Assembly (NCBI GenBank): GCA_965240325.2
Contig: OZ251223.1
Span: 2,170,001-2,234,000 of the forward strand
Source of the DNA: Rebecca billardiae RCC1528
Lineage: Eukaryota > Protista > Haptophyta
Direction of reading: 5' to 3'
Length of the DNA: 64,000 bases
Shown: positions 1 to 8,699 of the stretch, piece by piece
How positions within the stretch are numbered: position 1 is the first letter of the stretch
How the letters are laid out: every line of letters begins with the position of its first letter
Notes under the pieces: model-generated
What the model was told of the DNA's origin: nothing
Database searches by the model: none
Seen by the model: only the letters and a program-made list of their open reading frames with translations
Made by a program: the position numbers and the translations under genes

Positions 1-787
1 GGCATCTGAGGAGGGCGCGGCAGGGCCCGACGCGGCGCTCGCGCCAGCCGCGCACGGGGCCAGAGCGGGCGGGCGCGCGAGGTCTGCCCCGGCAGTTGCG
101 CTCGGCTCAGCAGCCGCAGGCAGCCTGCCTGGCTCGGAGGCAGCGCCGGCGCGCACCGCTGCTGCCGCCGCCGCCTGGGGCGCGCCATCGCGGCGGCCGG
201 GCGCGGCGACCGTCGAGCGCCTCGGCCCGACGGAGCCCGGGGCGCTCTGCTGCTCTGCGCCGCCGCGGCGTGCGGCGGACTCCCGCTCCGTCGGCATGCA
301 CGCCGACACGCCGCGGTCGCGCCGGCCGCCCTTCGCCCCGGCCGCCGCGCCACCCCACGGCGCATCCTCCGTCGTCGTCGCCGACGAGGCGGTGGCCTTG
401 GTGCGAGGGGCCGTCGTCATCGTCGTCGCGTCCGCGCGCGACGGGCTCGGCACGGGGTGCGAGGAGCCGCGCGTCGGGCTGGTCGCCGAGCTGCTCGTCG
501 TGCGGGCGGGCGGGCGGCCATCGGCGCGCGCACCCCCGCCGCCGTCGCCGCTGCCACGGCTGCGGCGGCCGGCAGCCGCAGTGGGTGAGGAGGCGCCGCC
601 GCGCGGCGGGCAGGGCGCGGCGCCGGCCCCGGGAGCCGGCTGCGCGCGCGCGCCAAACGGCTGCAGCATCGCGCCGCCGGCTTGCAGCCCGGCCATGGCG
701 TGCTGCTGCGCCTGCTGCTGCGCGTGCGCCGACGGCAGCATGGCCGCTGGCTGCCCCGGCTGCCTCAGCTGTGCCCTGCCGCCGCCT

Positions 788-835
<48 letters not shown>

Positions 836-1656
836 ACCGCGGCCGAGTTGAAGGGCGTCGCGGCGGCAAACTCCCACGGCTGCGCCGTCAGCCCCAGCTG
901 GGGCGGCAACGCGTGCAGCCTGTCCGGGAGGCGGATGTCCGGGTCGTACTCCAGGGCGTGCGCCGCGCGCGCGGGCGCAGGCACGCCCAGCTGCGCCGAC
1001 GGCCGTAGCGAGAGGTGGAGCTCGTCGGCGAGCGGCGGGAGCGGCGGCGGCGGCGGCGGCGGCGCGTCCGCGTCGCTCGGCGACGCCGTGCCGCTGCGCG
1101 AGCCCCTGGACGCGCTGCCGCCGTTCACGCCCGCGTCGGCGCGCGCGAGGCTCGTGCGCAGCAGTCGCTCGAGCACGGGCCGCGCGCTGTCGGCGGCGGC
1201 GGGCGAGCACCAGAGGGAGACACGCCAGCCGCCGTCGGCGTCGAGCTGTACGCTGGCGCCCTTCAGCTGCTCCTCGCACGGCTCGCACGCTCCGAGCAGC
1301 GCGAGGAGGAGCTCGAGGAAGAGGCTGCCCGCCGCGTGCGTGGACGGCTGCGGCGCGTGCGCGGCGGCACTCGCCGACAGCTCGGCGGAGAGCTCGGCGA
1401 GGGTGAGCACGACCTGCTGGGTGTGGTCGGCGGGCGACGGACGCATCGACGCGTGCACCTCGTTCAGCACCTCCGCCTTGAAGATGCACATGGCGAATGG
1501 CATGATGCGCATCGCCGACTGCACCTCCGCCTCGTAGAAGCGCCAGAAGCCGTGCACCGTCGCAAACGTGGAGATGTGGCCAAAGTCGGCGGCGGTCCAG
1601 CACGCCCACTGCTCGTTGAGGGGCGCCAGATCCGCGAACTCGTCGTCGCCCTCCAT
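1..1656 (-). CDS. eIF4E-like domain protein with long low-complexity C-terminus (3' end outside window)
   Basis: Own translation from ATG 1656; the frame appears open to base 1, so it is absent from the ORF track. MEGDDEFADLAPLNEQWACW...ISTFATVHGFWRFY...MCIFK...LFLELLLALLG...GASVQLDADGGWRVSLWC follows the eIF4E motif order. A poly-Gly/Gln and Ala/Ser-rich tail follows. Confidence 0.65.
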
Positions 1657-1933
1657 CGCGACGACCCCCGCCGGTCGCGCGCGCCGCGCGCACACCAGCG
1701 CTTGGCAAAGGAGGCCCGCTCCAGCAGCTCTCGGTCGCGTCGGCTTGAGTGCCCGACGCGACCCAAGAGCAAAGAGGCCGGCGGTGATTGCAATAATCAG
1801 GCCGCCATCGTGCACCGGACCGGTCGTGTCCACGCGGCGGTGGTGAGCAGCTCGCGTTCGTGAGCAGCTTCAAGCTGGCCGGCCGTGATTTCTTTCGAGA
1901 AGTAGGACGGGCATCGCCATCAAGCCGCACCCG

Positions 1934-4900
1934 ATGCGCGCCGCGGCGATGCTGCTCATCTCGGCGGCGCCCGCGCTCGGCTGGCGGGGCGCGGCGCTGC
2001 CGCTCTCGCGCGTCGGCGCGGCGCGCGCCGTCCGCCGCGCTGCCACCCCGGCCCGGCCGGTGTGGCAGCGGCGCGCGTCGGCGCTGCTCGTCGCGACGCC
2101 GGCTCGCGCGGCCGCGAGCGCCGCGTCTGACGTGGGTGCGCAGTGCCCGATCGCGGCCGAAGTGGCGTCGGAGGGCGAGATGCCCAAGTCGTACGACTTC
2201 TCGAAGGTCGAGGAGCCGCTGTACAAGTGGTGGGAGTCGCGCGGCTTCTTCAAGCCGCGCGACGTGTGCGCGGCGGACGGCTCCGACCCCGACGACGACA
2301 GCTTCACCATCTCGATGCCGCCGCCGAACGTGACGGGCGGGCTGCACATGGGCCACGCGATGTTCGTGGCGCTCCAGGACATCCTCACGCGCCACAACCG
2401 CATGCGCGGCAAGCGCACGCTCTGGCTGCCGGGCACAGACCACGCGGGCATCGCGACGCAGATGCTGGTGGACCGCGCGCTGCAGGCGGAGGGGATCTCG
2501 CGGCTCGAGATCGGGCGCGAGGCGTTCCTCGAGAAGGTGTGGGAGTGGAAGGGGCAGAAGGGCGGGTACATCACCGAGCAGATCCGCCGGCTCGGCGCCT
2601 CGTGCGACTGGTCGCGCGAGAAGTTCACCCTCGACCCGGACATGTCCGCGGCCGTGACAGAGGCGTTCGTCCGGCTGCACGAGGCGGGGCTGGTGTACAA
2701 GGGGGACTACATGTGCAACTGGTCGCCCTCGCTGCAGACGGCGGTGTCCGACCTCGAGGTGATCTACTCGGAGGAGGCGGGCAAGCTGTACACCTTCAAG
2801 TACGAGCTCGTCCCCGCCGACGGCGAGCCGTCCGGCGCGCACATCGCCGTCGCCACGACGCGGCCGGAGACGATCCTGGGCGACACGGCGGTGTGCGTGC
2901 ACCCGGAGGACGAGCGGTACCGCCCGCTGGTGGGGCGCACGGTGAAGGTGCCGTTCGTCGGGCGCGAGATCCCGGTGATCGCCGACGAGTACGTCGACAT
3001 GGAGTTCGGCACGGGCGCGCTCAAGATCACCCCGGCGCACGACATCAACGACTACGAGATCGGCAAGCGGCACGAGCTGCCGCTGATCACCGTGCTGGGC
3101 AAGGACGCGGCCGTGACGGCGGAGGGCGGCCCTTACGCCGGCCTCGACCGTTACGAGGCGCGGTCGAAGCTGTGGGCGGACATGGAGGCGGCGGGGCTGG
3201 CGATCTCGGTGGAGGACCACACGCAGCGCGTGCCCCGCTCCGAGCGCTCGGGCGAGGTCATCGAGCCGCTCGTCTCGACGCAGTGGTTTGTGAGGGCGGC
3301 GCCGCTCGCCGCGCCCGCGCTCGCAAAGGTGCGCTCGGGCGAGGTGCGCATCATCCCCGAGCGCTTCGAGAAGGTGTACTTCAACTGGCTGGACAACATC
3401 CAGGACTGGTGCATCTCGCGGCAGCTCTGGTGGGGCCACCGCATCCCCGTGTGGTACGCGAAGGACCCCGCCGCGCCGGGCGGGCAGCGCCCCTTCGTCG
3501 CGCGCTCCGAGGCAGACGCGCACGCGCAGGCGCGCGAGGCGCTCGGCGTGGCGGAGGTCGAGCTGGAGCAGGACCCCGACGTGCTGGACACGTGGTTCTC
3601 GTCGGGGCTGTGGCCCTTCTCCACGCTCGGCTGGCCGCAGCAGACGGCCGACCTCGCCGCCTTCTACCCCACGCAGGTGATGGAGACGGGCTACGACATC
3701 CTCTTCTTCTGGGTGCGTGCCCGCGCGAACCGAACCGAACCGAAGCGCGGCGCGGCGCGGCGGTGCGCGGCGCAAACAGGGCGGCGGCGCGGCGCGCGGC
3801 GCGCGCGCGCGCGCGGCACGGAGGGAACGGGGCGTGCGAGGGCGCGCGTGGGCTCGGCGCGCGGCGCGATGCGAGCGACCGAGCACGCGACCCGCGCGAC
3901 GGTGCGCCCGCCGTCGCCGGGCGCTCACCCCGCCCCCGCCCCGCCCCGACTGCGTGCGCGCGGCGCGCCATGCCCGCAGGTGGCGCGCATGATGATGATG
4001 GGCATCGAGCTGACGGGGCAGGCGCCCTTCTCGACCGTGTACATGCACGGCCTCGTGCGCGACGAGAAGGGGCAGAAGATGAGCAAGACCAAGGGCAACG
4101 TCGTCGACCCGCTCGAGACCATCGCCGAGTTCGGCACCGACGCGCTGAGGTACGCGCTCGTCACCGGCTCCACCCCGGGGCAGGACATCCCGCTCTCGCC
4201 CGAGAAGCTGCTGGGTGCGCGCAACCTCGCCAACAAGCTGTGGAACACCTGCCGCTTCCTGGTGACGGGCTCGCTCGCGCAGCTCGACGAGGCGCAGCGC
4301 GGCGCGCTCGCGGTGGAGGCGCCGATGGGCGCGGACGAGCTGAGCGGCCTCTCTCTGCCCGAGCGGTACATTGTCTCGCGCGCGCACGAGCTCGCCACCT
4401 CGGTGACCGCCAGCCTGGACGAGTCCGTGATGGGCGCGGCCGGCTCCTCGGTCGCGCGCTTCCTGTGGGACGAGTACGCGGACTGGTACATCGAGGTGAG
4501 TAAGACGCGCTTCCAGGCGGGCGAGGGCGAGGACGCGGACGCGGCGAGGCGCACGCTCGTGTACGTGCTCGACACGTCGCTGCGGCTGCTGCACCCGTTT
4601 ATGCCGTACGTGACTGAGACGCTCTGGCAGCGGCTGCCGCACGCGGGCGAGTCCATCATGACGGCCGCGTGGCCGGTGGCGCGCGGCCAGCCCGGGCTGC
4701 CGGTCGACGCGCAGGCGATCGCGCAGTTCACCACGTTCCAGGTGCGCGCGCCGGCTCGGCGGCCTGTCTGCGCGCGCGGCGGCCTGTCTGCGCGCGCGCG
4801 CGCGAGCGCAGACGGGAGGCAGGGCACGCACACGCACACGCACACGCACACGCACACGCACACGCACACGCACACGCACACGCACACGCACACGCACACG

Positions 4901-5701
4901 CACACGCACACGCACACGCACACGCACACGCACACGCACACGCACACGCACACGCACACGCACACGCACACGCACACGCACACGCACACGCACACGCACA
5001 CGCACACGCACACGCACACGCACACGCACACGCACACGCACACGCACACGCACACGCACACGCACACGCACACGCACACGCACACGCACACGCACACGCA
5101 CACGCACACGCACACGCACACGCGCATGCACACAACACAGAGAGGGCGAGAGAGAGAGTGCGGACGCGTGAGGCCACGCGAGCGCTCACGCCGCATCGCG
5201 CGCGCGGCCGCGCCGCACGCGCCGCAGGACGCTGTGCGCGCCGTCCGGAATGCGCGCGCCGAGTTCAAGGTGGAGCCCGCCAAGAAGATCGCCGCCACGG
5301 TCTGCATCGCCGACGGCGCGACGTATGACGCCCTCCGCGCCGAGGCGGCCGCGTTCGCCCTCCTCGCGCGCGTCGACCCCGCAGGCCTCGAGTTCTCGGC
5401 GCAGCTGCGCGCGCCCGAGGGCGCGGGCAAGACGGTGCACCTCGTGATCGCGGACGGGGTTGAGGTCTTCCTCCCGCTGGCCAACCTGGTGGACTACGCG
5501 CAGGAGAAGGCGCGGCTGGAGAAGCAGGCGACCAAGCTGCAGGCGTCGATCGACAAGCTGCGCACGCGACTCGACGCGCCCGGCTTCGCGGACAAGGCGC
5601 CCGTCAAGGTGGTCGAGCAGGCGCGGCAGGAGCTGGCTGAGCAGCAGGAGCAGCTCGAGACGGTCACCAAGAGCCTCGCCGACCTCCCCGCCGCCGAGTG
5701 A
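1934..5701 (+). CDS. valS: Valyl-tRNA synthetase, organellar (signal/transit-like N-terminus); introns 3713-3979 and 4742-5227
   Basis: Motifs PPPNVTGGLHMGHA (HIGH), PGTDHAGIATQ, ATTRPET, DWCISRQLWWGHRIP, DVLDTWFSS, GYDILFFW|VARM and KMSKT (KMSKS), plus a C-terminal coiled coil. Both GT-AG introns interrupt conserved blocks. Confidence 0.97.
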   Translation: MRAAAMLLISAAPALGWRGAALPLSRVGAARAVRRAATPARPVWQRRASALLVATPARAAASAASDVGAQCPIAAEVASEGEMPKSYDFSKVEEPLYKWWESRGFFKPRDVCAADGSDPDDDSFTISMPPPNVTGGLHMGHAMFVALQDILTRHNRMRGKRTLWLPGTDHAGIATQMLVDRALQAEGISRLEIGREAFLEKVWEWKGQKGGYITEQIRRLGASCDWSREKFTLDPDMSAAVTEAFVRLHEAGLVYKGDYMCNWSPSLQTAVSDLEVIYSEEAGKLYTFKYELVPADGEPSGAHIAVATTRPETILGDTAVCVHPEDERYRPLVGRTVKVPFVGREIPVIADEYVDMEFGTGALKITPAHDINDYEIGKRHELPLITVLGKDAAVTAEGGPYAGLDRYEARSKLWADMEAAGLAISVEDHTQRVPRSERSGEVIEPLVSTQWFVRAAPLAAPALAKVRSGEVRIIPERFEKVYFNWLDNIQDWCISRQLWWGHRIPVWYAKDPAAPGGQRPFVARSEADAHAQAREALGVAEVELEQDPDVLDTWFSSGLWPFSTLGWPQQTADLAAFYPTQVMETGYDILFFWVRARANRTEPKRGAARRCAAQTGRRRGARRARARGTEGTGRARARVGSARGAMRATEHATRATVRPPSPGAHPAPAPPRLRARGAPCPQVARMMMMGIELTGQAPFSTVYMHGLVRDEKGQKMSKTKGNVVDPLETIAEFGTDALRYALVTGSTPGQDIPLSPEKLLGARNLANKLWNTCRFLVTGSLAQLDEAQRGALAVEAPMGADELSGLSLPERYIVSRAHELATSVTASLDESVMGAAGSSVARFLWDEYADWYIEVSKTRFQAGEGEDADAARRTLVYVLDTSLRLLHPFMPYVTETLWQRLPHAGESIMTAAWPVARGQPGLPVDAQAIAQFTTFQVRAPARRPVCARGGLSARARASADGRQGTHTHTHTHTHTHTHTHTHTHTHTHTHTHTHTHTHTHTHTHTHTHTHTHTHTHTHTHTHTHTHTHTHTHTHTHTHTHTHTHTHTHTHTHTHTHTHTHTHTRMHTTQRGRERECGRVRPRERSRRIARAAAPHAPQDAVRAVRNARAEFKVEPAKKIAATVCIADGATYDALRAEAAAFALLARVDPAGLEFSAQLRAPEGAGKTVHLVIADGVEVFLPLANLVDYAQEKARLEKQATKLQASIDKLRTRLDAPGFADKAPVKVVEQARQELAEQQEQLETVTKSLADLPAAE
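4824..5123. repeat. (CACACG)n microsatellite, about 50 units, inside valS intron 2
   Basis: Perfect hexamer run seen directly. Confidence 0.97.
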
Positions 5702-6210
5702 GCGCGCCGCCGACCGCAGCGTGTGGGCGGTGAGAAGGCCGCGCGGGGGAGCTGGCAGTTACTCACCGACTACGAGTCGCTAGAAGCAGCCTAGAGTGCA
5801 ACGCGCTGCTGGCATCGTTCCCCAACGTCAACGTGCGCGCTGACAGAAAGCCCCGTCGTGACGGTCAGGCCACCGCCTCGTTTGGCGCGCCCTAGCCATG
5901 ATGACTGGCGACTGTAGGCCGTCGGGCCACCACGGCCACGGGCGGGGTGATTGACGAATCTGACGACGACTATATATATATATATATATATATATGACCG
6001 CGTTCCGCGGTCCTTTTCCGTAGAACGAACGTAGTTCGGGGCCCGCGGTGGCGGTGCACCCTCCGTCGCACCCTCCGTCGCGATCGAGAGTGGGCCCGCC
6101 CGGCCGCGAGCCCGGCAGCGAGTAGACTCCAGCGGCGCGCCGCCGCCCGCCGCGCGGCCGGGCGGGCCCATCGCAGCCGCCGGCGAGGCGCCGATTGTGT
6201 ACAGTCGAAG

Positions 6211-6726
6211 TCATGGCCGACTGAGATCGTCGGCACGCGCTGCTGCTGCGAGATCGTCGGCGTCGGCACGCGCTGCTGCTGCGAGGGCTGCTCGCTCGCC
6301 AGCTGACCGAGGCACTCGAGCAAGCCAAGGTATGCGGCACGCCTCGTCGCAGCCAGCCAGGGCCTCCATGATTTTGTACAGCACCTCGCACGCGTCCTGC
6401 TGCTGCTGCCCAAACGCCGTTGTCCACCGACAGACCTCCGCGATTGCGTCGTGGAGCGGCTCGAGCAAGCTACGCGTCGGCCCCACCTCGCTGGGCCACT
6501 CGCAGTTGAAATGCGCGAGCGCCAGCGAGCGCATGCTGGACACGATGGGGTTGGTGCACTGCTCCGCCGCGGCAGATGTGGCGAGCGAGACGATGGAAGG
6601 GCACGCGAGCAGCGCGGCCAGCAGCGAGCCGAGGTAGCACGTGACGCCTAGGTTGAGCGTGCCCAGCAGGCTGAGCGAGCCGGCCGGGCGCCCCCGCTGC
6701 GGTTGTGCTTGCTCTGCAGCGGGCAT
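6211..6726 (-). pseudogene. Ubiquitin-specific protease (peptidase C19) fragment
   Basis: LGTLNLGVTCYLGSLLAALL resembles the Cys box GLxNxGNTCYxNSxLQ, and FGQQQQDACEVL resembles the QQDA box. No His box is visible and the ORF is short. Confidence 0.6.
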
Positions 6727-7487
6727 TTCCCCGCGCCGAGCGCGGCGAGTGCCTCGAAGCGGCTGCCAGCTGTTGGGCCGGATGAGGAGGAGGGAGGGAG
6801 CTGGCCTGCGGGGCGCGTGGTGAAGTCGGTGATCAACCGCGCAGCGCCACCGCTGCCGAGTGCGCCCTCCGCCGCCAGCACCTTGCGGACCTGGCCAAGG
6901 AGCTGCTTGATCGCTTTTGTTCGGACACGCCGTACTCGCTCGCGGCGCCGGGGATGGTCTGCTTGTGCCTGGCGACGGAGATGGCGGCAGCGGTGCTCTG
7001 GAACGTGGTGTTGTTCACCCGCGTCACCGTCCTCGAGTCGAGCAGCGCGTTCAATACGCGGCGAACGTAGTCCTGGTCGGCGTCGCCGGTCGAGGTGCTG
7101 CTTGCCATCGCCCCTCACGTGCGATCGGGCCCACCTCTGTTGTTTTGCGTCGGTGACGGGGCCGCGACGACTCGACGCGAGCATCTTCAATAATCTATGA
7201 TCATCATCAGGGTTACGACTACGTGAAGCGGTAGAATAGAACTTCATTTACGAGCATTGATACGACGCGGTGCAACGTGAAGCGGTTTTTTTTAGATACG
7301 ACGCGGTCTAATGACCCATTGTTCATACATGTACATGAATGGGTCGTCATAAACGGCGGGCGGCTCATTTATGACCAGACCGGGCCCTGGGTGATTGATG
7401 ATCAGAACCCGCAAAAGCTAGCGGCAGTCCAGCACACAAGTAATGAATTAATAACAAGCGCAGTCCAGCACACAAGTAATGAACTAA

Positions 7488-7836
7488 TGGCCCGCGGTGC
7501 CGGCTGGCTATCTAGATACGTCGTCATCGCTCCTTGATGACCTTGCGGCAATCTCATTGGCTGGAAAAAATCGCTTGTAACGGTTCGTTACGTTATGGAT
7601 CCTAAAGGGCGTGAAGTTTTTTGGACGGGCGTCACTCCAATATGAACTTGTCGTGGGCGCGACCTTTGTCGCCGGATGGATACCTCTAGTGCGGTCTCAA
7701 AATTCGAAACTCGGTCTCCTCCAGCCCTGAAAATCGTCCCCCGTCCCCTTTTTCTTGATCAAAGATCTTTTTGAAACGTGGTTAGGGCCCACGGAGCGGG
7801 CTCCACGCTGCGCGCTCCGCCCTGCACCGCGGGCCA
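7488..7836. mobile_element. 349-bp MITE (Tourist/PIF-Harbinger-like)
   Basis: 13-bp perfect TIR TGGCCCGCGGTGC...GCACCGCGGGCCA, flanked by TAA on both sides (7485-7487, 7837-7839). Non-coding interior. Confidence 0.8.
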
Positions 7837-8699
7837 TAACTGACGTCACTGACGACTGATGCCGCGCTACTCGACACTCGTCATTATAATAAATCGGATA
7901 AATTATAAATAATAAATATAAGAGAATAAATACTAGCAGCTACGACGACCGGGCGGACGACGACGCCGGCTGAGCCACTATAACTGTCAGGTTACCCAGA
8001 TCGCGCGGAGTTAAAAACCCATCGTTTTGGTCAAAACTGGGCGCAAAGTCTGGTCTTTCTGCCGGCGGATCGCGTGATGGCAGGTGAGCACTGCAGCTGC
8101 GCCTTCTCCCCCGGGCGACCCTGCGCCAGCGGCGCGGCGCGCGCGCGGCTGCGACTCAGCGCTCGCGCTCGACCCGTACGACAGCCGCACCGGACTCGCT
8201 GCGCCCCTTGGCTCGCTTGCCCACCGAGCGCCGCGCGGACCTGGCATGCGGGCCGCGGGCCATGCCCAAGGTACCAATCATCAAATTTGTGCGACGCCGC
8301 TAGCGGCGAGGTTGGCACCGGCGACGAGTAGGATGGGTTCTTGACCTCCGCACGTCCCACGCGGAAGTCAAGAGCGCGTCGGAGCGGCCGGGGACCGCGA
8401 CCTCGTCGCTGCCGCCGTCGCACAAATTCGCGCACGTCGGCCGTGGGCACGTCGCCGCACGATGGCGGCTGCCTGACAGTTACTGTATAGTGGCTTAACC
8501 CCTTAATAATAACCAGAAAACTAAAAAGTATATATATATAGTAGTGGTCATGATGTCTGATACAGCACACTGCGATGGCTAGCTTATTCATCGATCGACG
8601 CGTCAAGCTCCAATCAGCAGCAGGCGCTGGCAGTCCGCCATGCGCATGGCCGGCGAAGTTGCCGCGCCCGCTGCGTTGCCGTCGCCATAATCATCATCG

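Larger units (their letters stand above)
5995..7836 (+). mobile_element. Putative non-autonomous TIR element (Harbinger/PIF-like family) carrying gene fragments
   Basis: 5995-6070 is the reverse complement of 54309-54384, and 7680-7836 closely matches the reverse complement of 47948-48108. The same two ends therefore bracket both loci. Begins in a (TA)n run and ends ...CCGCGGGCCA|TAA. Confidence 0.55.

Noticed and set aside
107-5131. 1674-aa minus-strand ORF and many other long Arg/Ala-rich ORFs (e.g. 25614-28388, 33497-35791, 44612-46708)
   Set aside because: Antisense or shifted-frame shadows of real genes in very GC-rich DNA, with no domain motifs of their own.
4742-5227. Poly-(TH) insertion in ValRS
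   Set aside because: It is a microsatellite within a canonical GT-AG intron that happens to be in frame.
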